Positions 23,501 through 36,781 of a DNA stretch of 64,000 bases are shown here, piece after piece. This DNA comes from Ancylonema sp. (Eukaryota): NCBI GenBank assembly GCA_050230475.1, contig JBFLGF010000076.1:1-64000 (forward strand), given 5' to 3'. The number at the start of each line of letters is the position of its first letter. The first letter of the stretch is position 1. The position numbers were made by a program, and so were the translations under genes. The notes beneath the pieces are model-generated. The model saw only the letters and a list, made by a program, of their open reading frames with translations, was not told the DNA's origin and ran no database searches.

Positions 23501-24741
23501 GCTGGTGATGGCTTCCGTCAGAAATCCTACCGCGTCCTCCAGTTTGTCTGCCAAAAACAGAATCGGAATGGTAAGAAACAGGGTGGACAGAAGGGCGGAA
23601 TATACACGTCTGTTTCTTTGCGGGAGCCGCAGTGTGTGGTCAAACCTCTCTATAAGCAATGACACGTTTCGGTTGGAGATGTTTTGGTGCCTGTGCAGAG
23701 CATGTGTCCTAATAAAAGAGCAAACGAGTTTCCGGTATTGACGAACTCCATTTGCCACTTTTGGTCCCCTTTTAGTTTTGAGAGGGTGTGATTTCCCTTC
23801 AATCGGATTCTACATCGAAATCAGATTGAAGGACTTCCTCCACAAAACCAGTGTGCTGGATTCCCTGGGTTGATTCGAAACTGCCTGCTTCCGTGATCAA
23901 GTCCCGATGTACACTCAAACCTCGATATAAGAAACTTCGTTGTAAGAAACTCTTCGCTGTAAGAAACCATCTTCATATTTTTTTTCCGCGGTTTTACACT
24001 CGAAATGTGATGTATATAAGAAACATTCGCTATAAAGAACTTTTTTTACGTTTTTTTTAGGTTTCTCATATCGAAGTTTGAGAGTATGTATCAATAACCC
24101 GCCATCTTGTCTAACCATCGCCCACCACTGCAATCCTCGCCTCAAACAACTTGGAAAAGAACCTACTCCCTGCCTTTACTACCCTCTCCACAAGTTGTAT
24201 TTCTCAGTATCCGACACCAAAGGTGATTTTTATCGTCGTCATACCCCCCCCCCCTTCTGACTTTACTCACTCTCTCCCAGAGCTTCCATGGCTTTCCCCT
24301 TGGCAATCTGAGAAGCATCCCTGTCCTCCTCAGTCACCTCTTTGCTCGAGTCGCCCATCTGAGAAGGGCACACACGTAGGTATGGGTTTCTATGTGTCTA
24401 TGTGGGAGGAAGGTGGCTGTATCAGGACCTGTCTGAAGTGATTCTGAGTGAGTCCATATCCATGTGGCAGAACGGCTGTACTGCTATTTCGTTACTAGGG
24501 AGTGCAGACATCGGCCATCTCACATTTTTATGTGTTTTAATGTACCCTACATGAAATTGTATTATTTGCGTCCCAATAACATTGATTTAGACACATATTG
24601 TCGAATTGCCAAACCCGAAGAAACATCGTACTGTTTGATGTGTAGGATGTTGTAATGATTGCCATCCCCATATGACTTCATAGTCCATCGCGTGTTGGCA
24701 CCCCAGCACATAATGTGTACATGACAACCTAGAAAGTAAAC

Positions 24742-24775
<34 letters not shown>

Positions 24776-26342
24776 TTTATCGAAGTATCTTATACCCGGT
24801 TACTTTATGTCCGGTAATGACCCTACCCTCCCTCAACCACCCCCTCCTCCTTCCTCCCCCTCTCTCCACAGTCCCACTAACTGTGCCTCTAACCTGCTGT
24901 GGCTCCCCATCATCTGGCGCCACCACGTCCTCCTCCTCAATCTCCACCTCCGATTCTACAATCTCCTCCTCCTCCTCCTCAGGCACCTCCACTTCGGGAT
25001 CTTCAAGGTCGGGAGGCCCGTCGTCTTCCTCATCCTCCATACCTTCGGGCTCATGCGAATGAGAACAGTTGGGCTGCGGTTGGGGCAGGAGTCATGGGTT
25101 GGAGATGGTGAACGCAGCAGCAGGACTTGCGTAGATGTGGTTCCGGTGACGGTTTTCCTTTGGGTTACGGTAGTGGTTACGTGTACGGTTATGGTTACGG
25201 TTACGGTTACGGTGTCGGTTGCAGTTACGATTATGAACTCGGTTTCTGTTAAGGCTACAGTTACAATTACGGTTATGGTTCTGATGAATGATCATCGTTA
25301 CACTATGGGACACCTCACATGTGATTCATTCTAGTGACTGTGCTGGGGAGTTTGGGTTTCAATAATGTTGGTTGAACAAAGGAGGCTGACAGGATAGATG
25401 TCGTTTACAGAAACTCCCTGGCTTCACTTGGTCTCTTCATTAACAACAGTGATTTTCCTGCTGAAACAAGGCTGTGAGTTTGCTGGAAGTTTCTCAGTGA
25501 TCGTACTGAACAGGGACTGGTAACATGATATCCTCCATAGATATATTGAGTGAAGAGAGTTCAATATGGCGAGGCCCAGGCGCCAGAGTAGGCTGGTACT
25601 GTCACCCCTCGTTATATCGAGGGTTGACTGTTACAACATTTGTGAATGCAGAACTCACGACTGCAGGTAAAGAGTGTCACTGAAGTTCGAGAATGAACGG
25701 CAACAAAAAACGATTCACAGTCCGATTTAAAAATGCTTTGACCAGTATGGACCAGTCTTAGGAGAGTAGATTCGCTGTAAAGTTGCTCGGACGTGAAGGT
25801 TCACTTACGCCATGAGCATGTTCGTGACTATGAGAGTGAGATTGTTTCGACCCGTACGCAGTCTGCGGCAACTTGGCACTGAGGCTGCACATTGAAAGTA
25901 CAGAACATAGAAAACGTTAGAACGTTGAAGCCACGTTAACGTACGAACATTTTTCAATATTGGGTATCGGCACAATTCACACAAAATTGGGTTTTTCAGA
26001 ATATAAAAACAACAGGAGTGCTGAAATGGAAAGGAAGCTGACTCACTGTCATGTGCACGACACTCCCGGCTCTGCACTGCATTTCCTTCACGAGAAAGTG
26101 GTGCAGCACGTGAAAGAGACGAGCAACCAGAAGTTGAAAAATATGGGGGCTAGCGTCATTCGCACATTTTTCGTAACGCAGTTACAGCAAAAGGAAAGTT
26201 CACGGTGAGAGAAAGCAGGTGTTTACCTCTCAAGATACTCCCTAAAAAAGAGCAGAGATGGTTCCGCTAGAATTGAAGGCGTTGCCCGCACCATCTGTAC
26301 AAATAACTTCAGCTCCTGCAATTTCCTCGGGTCCATGGCCAT
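20567..26342 (-). CDS. HIP: Hsp70-interacting protein (HIP/ST13/FAM10 family; dimerisation domain, TPRs, GGMP repeats, STI1/DP domain)
   Basis: 11 GT-AG exons with compatible phases: 26342-26227, 25884-25809, 25073-24894, 24358-24271, 23547-23467, 23085-23021, 22764-22624, 22272-22156, 21990-21778, 21265-21208, 20667-20567. Peptides [61 protein letters not shown] repeats, [18 protein letters not shown]. Confidence 0.95.
23912..24084. mobile_element. Short Tc1/mariner-like MITE in HIP intron 4
   Basis: TA-flanked TIRs cactcaaacctcgatat / atatcgaagtttgagag. Confidence 0.75.
25160..25280. repeat. Degenerate (GTTACG)n hexamer array in HIP intron 2
   Basis: Directly visible ggttacggttacggttacgg. 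Confidence 0.85.
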
Positions 26343-27139
26343 GATTTGATTCAATTCTTATACCTCACTTCCCACAGAGGACTGCCGGGTACGATTGAGC
26401 GTGCTTAGTGGCTCCCAGCTCAGAGCGTAATGCAAAGCCAGAGCGTGTAAGACTACGTTTCTAAAGTATTTTCTGCTGGAATTTGTTTTCCCTTCGTCGT
26501 CTGCACTTGCTGTATCACGGGTTTCAGCTGAAGAATCCTGAGTTTTAGGGTGGCATTTCGGGAGGTGTCCCGAAACTAGCTCTGCTAATTAATAACCTGT
26601 CTTATCTGATAGAAAATATTCCAGAATCTGACGTGTTAATTGATAACCTGTCTGAAGAAACACTTTCTCCCGACACTTCTTAACCGTTTTATTGTCAGGG
26701 ACGATAACCGGCGATACACAGGCACGCTTTATCGGCGATAACCGTACAGTACCGTACATACCGTACATGTATGCAACTTCCTTACTTCCTTACTTCAAGC
26801 GAATGTTTGCTGTACTTTTTCAAGTGACCCCGTCGTACTTAACGGTGGTCGCGGTAATAACGACGACACTCTTCGAAGGCCATTCCGGATTTGTAAAAGG
26901 CCGTAGAAGAATGTTTTTTCTTCGTAAGACTCCATGGAAAGAAAGAAGCTCCAGACAACGGCCCACTCGCTGCGCTCTCCACCTTTCTTCCGTGCTGGCT
27001 GGGCGAGAGACTGAGGTTCACACTTTGTTTTTAATCAACCGACCAGGAATGGTTAGTATGCAGCTCGATAAATTTCATACTATTTTCTCCGGGTCCTCGG
27101 AAATGATGATGTACTTGGGATACCTCTAGAAATTAAAAC

Positions 27140-30100
27140 ATGGCGCCCAGTGATCATAGCAATGGAACATTCCGAATTCCGACCGTGCCGGTTACATTCA
27201 AGGCGTTCCAGATGATGACTGGAGTGGGAATTGGCTGCGGAGTTGGCATTGGCATTGGCCGCGCCATGGAATTCAGTATGTATTCCAAACTTGAAAACTT
27301 CTTTCATTGCAACTGAGACAGGGTTTCGGGCGATATCGTGCAACTAATGTCGCTGGAAAGGGAACGCAATGCACACTGCGTAAATGGACATCATCAAATT
27401 TGCGAAGAAAAGCTAGAGCTACTCTGAAAAAGCCTAGTCTCGGCACGTTCTAATACGTAATTGCATTCGCCAATGGTGTCTGCGCAGGAAGTCTGCCCAT
27501 TGTTGGCCCGGCTCTAGGAGGGTCTGGGGAGCTTAGCCGAACATTCGAGAGCATCCGAGGCCCTGTCCGGAGAGCAGTACGCTTTCTGTGCCATTTTCAG
27601 AGGTTTCTACCTCCGTTCTCACGTACATCGACTGGTGTTGCGGGCACCGTCACTGGCATTCTCCTCTCCCTCATGAATACACGAACTCTGTTTGGACATT
27701 TATGCACTGTTCTACGAGACTTGACATAAATTGTTCTCCCAGTGGTTGTGATGTTATGGTTGTCTTCGAGGACCCCTCGTCAATGATTGCAATCTTATAC
27801 CTGTACTGCGGGGGAGAGTTTGTGTTTTAAGCTGATGATGGCAGAAATTGACCGTTCAGAACTAGTATTGGTGGCAGAATGGTGGCAGAAGTGTCGTCCT
27901 CACTGGATGCTCCTTGGAATCAAACTGTTCGTTATACAGATGAAATTCACACATACTCCCTCTGAAGACTTGTACCACTCTCTGGTGACTTCCCTTCTCC
28001 TCTCTCTTTCTCTCCTGTCTTTCCTGAACAGATACTTCGCTTTGGCCTTCGGCGACTGGACGCAGGCATCGGGTGCGGTGCAGTTCTAGACTCAAATTCA
28101 CTGCCATGACTACACGTGGACATATATAAAACCAATATCTCGTGACCTTTCGCCTCCCCATAATTTTCCCTCCAACCACACTACTACAACTGTGTATACA
28201 CTTAGGTTGTTGGGACGCATCGAATGAAATCGTTTCTACAGATGTCTGTGACCTCAGTTCGACTATTGCTGAAATCTCCTGAGAGGATTTGAGCAGAAGA
28301 GGATCGGTCTGTGGTCTGTGGTGTGTGGTCTGTGGTCTGTGGTCTGTGGTCTGTGGTCGCCCTCTAATTCGCACCCCTACCCGAAATTTCCCTCCATTAT
28401 TATTGCGCAGGGGTGGGGATCGGTCACGGATTTGGAGTTGGTAGGTACCCCTTTCTTTTTTTCTTTTTTCTTTCTTATAATGGGGGGGGTAAGTTGATGG
28501 GAATGCCAAACAAATTGGAAGTTAGTGCTTCCACCACCTTGGGATTGCGCCAATCCCTTCATGTGAAAGCGGAATGTGAAGTATCGAATCCAGTTCTTGC
28601 TACCTTTAGAGATTGACACAATGAGAAACGCTAGTCCCATTTGCCACCTGGCACACCTGGCCTATCCGATTCCAGTGAAACACATGTGACATGCCCGATC
28701 CCGTATCCGTGTCCGAATCCGTATCCGATTCCGTATTCGATTCCGATTCGCGCAGGTTTGGCCCTGAAGCCTGGAGTAGCAACTCGAATTGGTGACGTTA
28801 TCAAGGTGAAATTTCTTCCCACAATTCTTGCGCCCTCTAGTTATTCATTCCGCTCGCACATTGCAGTCCATTTCCGATATTATAAACTTTTGTTGTGATA
28901 AACTTTCCGATATAAGAAACTTTGTTACAAAAGGACCTTCGTTATGAGATGTTTTGTTGTCATTAGGAACTTTTCAATGCAGCAATAGTATCGTCTTACT
29001 AAGATTTCGTTAAGATGAGAGTGTGTGCACATACTGACTTCTAGGGCAGGGTAAGTGAGATACGTTTCAACCACACATCATGTGTGCTATGTGGGGTGGA
29101 AGTCAGTAGCGCGCATGGGCTCATGGGCTCATGGAATCGGATGATGTTGAACACGAAAGAGACCACGTGGAGCTGTTATGAATGTCCATTATGAAAGACT
29201 GAACATTCACGCTTCAGCTATAAAAAAATAAAAAAAAATAAAAAAAGTCTCCCGTTTTTCGTGGTATACAGAATACCGCTTCCAAATGGTTGGCCCGATT
29301 TGAATTAAGAATGAGTATTCCGCAAGCCGACGCCACGTCACCAACATATTTTGGCCCGGAACTGCTTCCCCACACACCTCCAAAAACCTCCGAGGCGGAA
29401 GTCTCCCGACCACAGTTGTCGTCGTCAGCAAAAATTAAACATAAATTGACGGCGAAGGACTTCCTCGATTCTGAGGTACACAGGAAAAAGAAAAGACAAA
29501 AAGAAAGAAAAAAAAAGGGAAACTGGTTGGGGGAGGGGAGGGGGGGGTAGGGAGGTGGCGGTTACATATGTGATTGCCTGTATAAAAAGGGTGGAGGAGG
29601 GGGGGGGGACAAAACAAAATGGGGGGGTCGTGGATGGTTTGGCTACCCCTCTTTGTTCTCAAAATCAAAAACTATCGGAGAAGTGGAGACGAACCTGAGA
29701 AAGTAGTGTGTGTGGAAAATGCACTTCTTGGAATACCACTTGTGAAGTAGAAAATGAAGAGTAGCGAATATATCATCGGAACGACATGCACCGGGACTTA
29801 GAACGAGTGGAATCATATGAGAATGCGTCATATTTATTGCTTCATGGACAATCGATATTGCTATGATTGTGATGATCTTGATAATAATTTCGTCACTTCT
29901 TCATGTCATCGTCATGGTTAGCGATGATCACATCAAATCACCAAGTCATACTTATGTTAGTAGCATCACCTTGCCATATGTAAACGTCTTACTGTCATCA
30001 CTATTAGTTAGTGTCGTCCACTGATAATGATTAACGTTAATATGTGAAACGAATCCTGATTTTAAACTTGCTCTTATCGCAGATTGCGGATGCAGACATT

Positions 30101-30646
30101 TTGAAACTCGTATTAATCAAGGTGAGTCTTCGCATCTATCAAATCTCGCAATGTAGATATACATCTTTAGGATTGATGGTGCTTGTGTGCTATTCTCATA
30201 AACCGCGTCATCATCATCATCATCGTCATCATCATCGTCATCATCATCATCACCATCATCACCATCATCGTCACCATTATCATCATCATCATCATCATCA
30301 CCGTCATCATCATCATCACCATCACAATTGTCATCATCATCATCATCATCACTATTATCACCATCATCATCACCATCATCATTGTTGAAGTCCTCGTTAT
30401 CACTCTTATGTTATATTGTCACTCTCATGGACCATCCACACTGACAGTGTCCACAAGTCAACTGTATTGCAGCTTCTTCAACAAGAGGCGGTCAACGAGG
30501 CTTTGAAGCAAATACTAATCGACGATGTAGTACCAGATGTTGCATTTCATAGGCAAGGAATAGATTTGCCAAGTGCTTCTACCATAGACACGAGAAGTAG
30601 CAGACGGAAATGTTTCAATTGCCGAAGGAAGGGGAGGTTGAAGTAA
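27140..30646 (+). CDS. Conserved uncharacterised plant protein with Gly-rich GxGxGCGxG repeats and C-terminal CxxC-RRK
   Basis: 8 phase-compatible GT-AG exons: 27140-27275, 27488-27576, 28032-28077, 28411-28440, 28756-28805, 29272-29475, 30083-30121, 30473-30646. Gives MAPSD..TGVGIGCGVGIGIGR..LDAGIGCGVGIGHGFGVGLALKPGV..EALKQILIDD..CFNCRRKGRLK*, resembling a land-plant family of unknown function. Confidence 0.85.
30207..30385. repeat. (CAT)n-type trinucleotide microsatellite in intron 7 of the Gly-rich gene
   Basis: ~180 bp of imperfect CAT/CAC/CGT repeats between the donor at 30122 and the acceptor at 30472. Confidence 0.95.
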
Positions 30647-30882
30647 ATGGGCACTATGGGTGACGTCAAGACCATGACTGGAAAATGGTTTTTTTACATA
30701 GTCACCACTCAAATTTCACTCAAGCGTCACTTTTTGTTTACATTTTGTACATACATTGAGCCATGTGTCTTTGAATGTTTTAGGGAACTCCTCATATATG
30801 GTATGTGTTCATGTGAAGTAAAGTCACGTCATTCAAACGAAAGTGGTTCTCTATCACTTGTGAATGTGAGGAACCATCAAAT

Positions 30883-31785
30883 CAAAGTTGCACGGATCGG
30901 CGGACCGGGTCCCGATGTCCCAACTCCGGACCGAGGTCCATCCTTTTGGGTCAAACATCCGGACCGGCCGTTGAGGGTGATATCGATTTTTGGGGGTTTA
31001 GAGGTGTTTTTCCATGGAGAAAAAACTCCGGATTTTTTTTCCCTCGAATAATATTTTATTTCACATCTTATAAAAATGTCAAGAAAATGTTGGACCTATC
31101 AAATAAGTAATAGAAACCTGCATTGCATCATTGTAGGTAGCGTTTTCCACCACTCGGGTGGAAGATATCACTCGGGAAAATGCACTAGGTCATTTAGAAT
31201 GGTTATAAGTACTCCATGTTTTTTTCATTTCTATAGGGTACAATGTAATGCTGAAATGATGCTCATGTGAGGCTCAAAAAAATGTGACGAAGGGTCACCG
31301 TATCATGAAATTAATTAAAATTAGAAACACTTATATCAAACATCATCTTTGATTTTTTTCCACGCTCACAACCATGTATTCAAACTTCATTCCACCTTAA
31401 AAATACATTCCTCACTTCTCAATGTCCTATTCAACGGTCACTCCCCAAAGATCCTTCCTCACTCCAAATAACACACGTCCAAGTACCAACTTACACCAAA
31501 ATTTCAGCAATTTTGTCAATTTTTAATTTCACCATCTCAATCAATAGACGGTATTTTATTTTAATTATTTATTTAATTTTGCTACAACTTCGCAAGCCAC
31601 AAATGACACATGTATATCACACGTGTAAGTTACAGAAAAAATAATAAAGCTTCACGCCCTTTTTTCCCCCGTGAAAATTGCCTTAGAAAAAAACCCAAAA
31701 AGTTCCCTGGTCTGACCGTGTCCCGACTCGGGACCCGGTCCGACCGCGTTCCAAAAATCCAATGTTGCCGGTCCGTGTAACTATG
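30883..31785. mobile_element. hAT-like MITE
   Basis: TIRs caaagttgcacggatcggc / gccggtccgtgtaactatg. Flanks catcaaat / catcaatc approximate an 8-bp TSD. Subterminal cggacc motifs. Confidence 0.75.
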
Positions 31786-33209
31786 CATCAATCCAACCTC
31801 AGTTCAAGAACTTATGAAAAGAAGTAGAGATCCTATTCACCTCAACCGCGGAAGGAGCTCGGCCAGGGCCCAACTCTGGGCCGAAGTCCGTCCCTCGAGG
31901 CTGAAAATGCGGAAGCGGCGCTTTGATTTCGACTTTTGTTTTACTTTCCGTCTTTTTTCATCCCTTGTATATTATGTTTTCGTTTACACTTCTGCTTTGG
32001 TGATTGCAAAAAAATGTAGGGGAGGGGGGGGCACACATTCATACACATTGGGCATTCCAAGTACAATTTTGGACCTAAGGGTGATGCCGGACGTCCGCGT
32101 TTGGCAAACGCCGTTTGGGCCGATTTTTGCAATTTGCATGCTATTATGCGAGCCATTCTCAAATACGAACCCATCCCGCGCGCGTTAATTACGGCTGCAA
32201 AGTTACCCTAGAATGTGTGGAACTTAGGTTTCGTATTAGTTGCCCTCCTATGTGGTTTTAGGTTTCTGATATTCTTTGTTGTACTCAAATGGAGTTCCCA
32301 TTGTGCTTCCTTCATGATTATTTCTCTTCTAGAATACAAATTTTAGATGCAGGTGATGAATGCGCAAGTGATGACAACGAGAACATGGAAGGCGATGTGG
32401 CGGAACGGTGGTCAAAGTCAAAGGGGATTGCGGCACACATTGGGAGTTGGTCCATACTGGCAACGTTAACGTTACGGTTATTAGTGTGGCACAGTAGAAA
32501 CCTCTCGTGTTCCTCGATTGGAGATAATAATCATGGATATATTCATAAAATAACGGGTACCCCATGGGTACAATGACTACAACGAGTACAATGAGTACAA
32601 AAAAGACAATAATCGGAAAGCGTGTAGGAACAAAACAAGGAACTATACCCCAACATATAACACCATAGCAACATTTAGGGGTCATTATCATGGGTTTCAG
32701 AGGTGGAAATATAATTTGTATGCCAACTTACTAATCAACTATATTGACGGTATTGACATTCGAATATGATATTTGGAGCACGATAAAAGTTATTCATACG
32801 TGTTATTCCACATCCACTGAGCTTCCGCCCTCCCCCTCCACACTCCCGTAAGAGCCCGATAAGATCTCGTTGGGCTCGAGAAGCCCATTGAGCCCGTTGA
32901 GCCCGTCCGGGCTTGTAAACAGGAGCCCGTTTTGGGAGCCCATCGGGCTTGCGAGCCCAGATCCGGAGCCCCGGGGTTTTGGAGCGGCTTCCCGATCACT
33001 ACCATAAGATCACATAGACACCCGAGGGAACTCAAACAAACTTACTAAGGAGCTCCCAACCATTCCACGTTCTACTTGTCTAGATTTTCCACAACACCCA
33101 CCCCACATTACTTTCGATAATATACACACTTCAGTCCCACCTGAACTTCCTACCAAAGGTTTGCGCGGGGAGAACCACTGTGTGAATTTTCCCACAAATT
33201 ATTTACATA

Positions 33210-33380
33210 CAGTATAACCTGTCTAAAGGAATATTGTCTAAAGGAATAACATCTCTAAAGGAATAGAAAATTCCGGTCAAAACCGAATTTGTTAGGAGCC
33301 GTCCATGTCTAAGTGAATAACCCGTGTAAAGGAATATTGTTTCCAGGTCCCGACAATATTCTTTTAGACTGGTTTTACGG
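33210..33380. mobile_element. Short pogo-like MITE
   Basis: TA-flanked TIRs cagtataacctgtctaaag / ttttagactggttttacgg. Internal tctaaaggaata repeats; related remnant at ~36345-36425. Confidence 0.75.
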
Positions 33381-33736
33381 TACTAACGAATTCGGCATGT
33401 ACTCCACGTCAAAGATGAAAATGATAAAGGTCTATCCACCGAGTAAAAACTCCCGGTCCTTTGTTAAATTTTCGTTCCTGAAAACAGCAAACAAACGGAA
33501 ACATCACAAGCTGGGTCGAACGCAATCCGGCGATCACAGAGATAGCAGTGCAAAAGAAATTGGTGTACACGACATCAATTTTGAGTGGTATCGTGTATGT
33601 ATGTATGTGAGGAGTGCGATCAAGCAGACAAACACGAAATAACACACATAGAGCGAAACTTACTTCGAATGACGCTTCAGCCACCTGGGACAAGAACTGA
33701 AGCACGTCAATCTGCTACCCCCTCGAGTCACAAATA

Positions 33737-35700
33737 TTAGATCGAATGTCCTCCTACCTCCATTTCGTTCTCCGCCTTCGACTTTTGGTCAAGTATGCTG
33801 GACATCATCTTCACGTACGCTTTAGCGCTCTCTTTGTGAAGGATTTCGTCATCTGCAAAAGCTTCCGCGAATCTTTGGTCAAAAAATTTCATGGAGGTGG
33901 AAAGGTAAAGGTAATCCAGAATAGCATCATCCATAATGACACACCTCAAGTGGCTCAATCCTATATAGGCGCCTTTTGTGCACCCATACCGACATGAAGT
34001 TACCCACATGGCGCCTTCTGTGCATTCATGCGTGGGCACAAGTGGACCGATACCAGGATCTACCAGCCAGCACGAGATATTTTGGAGTGACCAAAACAGA
34101 AGGATGATGCCGAGGTGATGCTGCATTGAGCCATCACTTCCACCACCTCTACAACTCTGATGCATCTATGGGATGTCCATGGAAACACACGGAGGAGCAT
34201 GCACTTAGTTACAGAGAGGTGGGGAAAGAAAGTACCTCTACGTGGCTCCATGTCTGAACCACAAGCAAGTCCACCACACAGCCCATCCCGAATCAGCGTC
34301 GGAGTATACACCACAAACTATCTGCAGCTGTGTGCACGGTGGTCCATATGGTTGCATCCCACATCACATCAAATGTTTTTTTCCAACACAAATAGCCTGA
34401 GAGCAAGCTACAACGCACAGGCGGTCGTGTGCAACGTACCCCGTGGTGCATAGCGAGCAGCCAAAAGGTAACACAGCAGGTGGTGGGCCGTCATGCCATC
34501 AGGTAACATATGCTGCGTCTCTCTCACTAGGTCCATGACGATCCCGTCCCACGGGACCGATCTCGCCCACACGTCCCACATACTCAGGTCCCAGAAGAGA
34601 TCCGCCACCTTCTTTTCCCAATGGTTGCGCACAAAAGGTCTGAGGTACTCCTCAACGCCTAGACAACAGTTACACACGGTGGGAGTTGTGAGCTCCGAGC
34701 AGCAAGAAGCTGATCCCAAAAAACCGTGGTATTCTCCGACTCGTCCACCACGTCATACGTATCCCGTGCCTCGTTTCATAAACCTGACCCGTGGATCAAC
34801 GACATCAGTCTGTGCAACCAATTGAACTTCCCTAGCACAAATACCACCATCGCGGCAACCACTTGGTTGCACGTCTCCGACATATGTTCCAACGCAGAGA
34901 TTAACAAAACCTATCCCGATTACTGGATTACATTCAACTTCGTGACCCGATGACTCCCGGACAAAGTTTATGCTGGCATGCTTACTTGTCGGCCGCCATG
35001 GTAGAAGGAACTTCTTAGCTGCCAGGAAAGAAAACAGAGGGCAGGTCATGGCAGGCGTTCCCTATGAGCTCCCTTTTCTGACGAGAAACCAAGCATTTGA
35101 ACAAGTGATTCATTTAACCACTGAGCTCCAGCCACACCAACCTTCCGTCGCGCCCAACGATTCGGCGAAGTAGACAGCGTCCATCATCCGCGATTTCGTC
35201 ATTGTCGTTGTCTCTGGCAACACTTCGATCTTTTCCCAAAACCGTTTTTCAAAACAGACGGGGAGATAGACGAGAGTCGGCACGGGAAAGCGACGAAAAG
35301 TGTGGCAAAACACGTCAACCTCATTTTCGTCTGCCAAATAGGGACGAAAAAACACTTCAAACTGTTCATGCTTGTCTAATTTAGTCAGGAACTTTGTCAT
35401 TTTCATGGCGCAGTTCGTGCTCACTTATTCCGGCCACCTGCCCTACATGACATCTCTCGAAACGATATCCTCGTCGTCGCAGTCGTCCAAGAGCGTAGTG
35501 TTGTGCACTTCGTGGTATAGATGTACCCTGTAGGAGATGTACACGCCCGTCAAAATCTCCGCCGACCAGTGCCCGCGTGCGAAACCGCCCGCAAAAGGAA
35601 TGCGGGCGGGGATGTCCACGTGGCGTGCGTGTATATACGTGCCGTGTGTGTAACGTCAAAAAAGTACGTTCGTGGACCTCGAATATCTCCCAGGTTGTAG
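33737..35700 (-). pseudogene. Decayed, apparently intronless ORF of unrecognised family
   Basis: A chain of overlapping protein-like minus-strand ORFs (35381-35659, 35110-35424, 34753-35049, 34408-34719, 33737-34165) covers ~2 kb. No motif recognised. Confidence 0.4.
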
Positions 35701-35745
35701 GAAATCAGACTGGAACTGGCTAAACGACAAACTATTGTCGTGCAA

Positions 35746-36233
35746 CATAGTTGGCCCCGCCCCGCTTTTCGCCCCGGGCGAGACCGCCCCGGGCGGAAAA
35801 TTCCCCGCCCGGGGCGAGGCCATAGAGGTTTTTTAGGTTTTTCCGTAAAAGGACCCCAAGACCACTTAGATCATGTACATCTTTTTAAATGTCAAATCCG
35901 AAAAGTATTCAAGATTTTATAACACTAAGTACGCCTGCCATCTTTACTAGTGTAATATTCTTTTGTATATCTCAAGTTTTATTTTTTTGATTTTTATTTT
36001 TATCGCATTATACCACACCACGCCACGGAGTCGGACTCGTGGGTGACATTAGATGATGTTGGAATTGTGGCGTATGGTGCACATTGTGCAAGACATAAAT
36101 TTTTTACAAAACGAACGATATCTCCGCATGGCGGCATTTTTTTATTTTTGGTATTTTGGCCTATGGCCTCGCCCCGCAAATCCCGCCCCAATTTCCGCCC
36201 CGGGCGGGCCCGCCCCGGACGGCGCCAACTATT
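35746..36233. mobile_element. hAT-like MITE with perfect 8-bp TSD
   Basis: TIR atagttggc / gccaactat. TCGTGCAA at 35738-35745 and 36234-36241. GC-rich cgcccc subterminal repeats. Confidence 0.92.
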
Positions 36234-36781
36234 TCGTGCAAGCCATAGGGAAGCTGTAAACACGTTCGAACGGTTTCTAAGCTCGAAACTCGCTTGTTTC
36301 ACGTCATATGCACATAGGAACGGGTTTTAAGACACTTGGAGTCGAAACTCTCTAAGTGAATAACCTGTCTAAAGGAATGTAAAATCCCGGTCTCGAGAGT
36401 ATACCTTCACACAGGGAGCTTACTGTAGAGCTTTTTTAGGGTTCTGGTGTTTTCAGTTTTTTACTCCACATTAATCCGGGGGGGGAAGGTTTTAATATCA
36501 ACTACAATCATAGATGGGTCAGCACCATGCGCAAGATTTGCGCACGCATGCGGCACAGCACACGTGTGCCGCACCGGGACAATTCCTGTAATCGACTTTC
36601 AGACGTCGAAATTTGGAAGTAGTGAACACTGACCATTTTTCACTGTAAGTTATTCGATATAACGTCTTAGGCCCTAAATTTGATGCGGCCACGTTGTACA
36701 GTAAACCCTTGATATAGTGATACTTGATATAGTGACAATTACGATATGGTGACATTTTTCCTGCCCTTTTTCTAATCCTAT

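Noticed and set aside
25092..25334. HNRN- and VTVT-repeat ORFs
   Set aside because: Intronic hexamer repeat in HIP; no splice-compatible use.
30044..30506. Poly-His, poly-Ile and poly-Met ORFs
   Set aside because: Translations of an intronic (CAT)n microsatellite.
32335..32580. Possible transposase fragment
   Set aside because: Too short and stop-ridden to support any family call.
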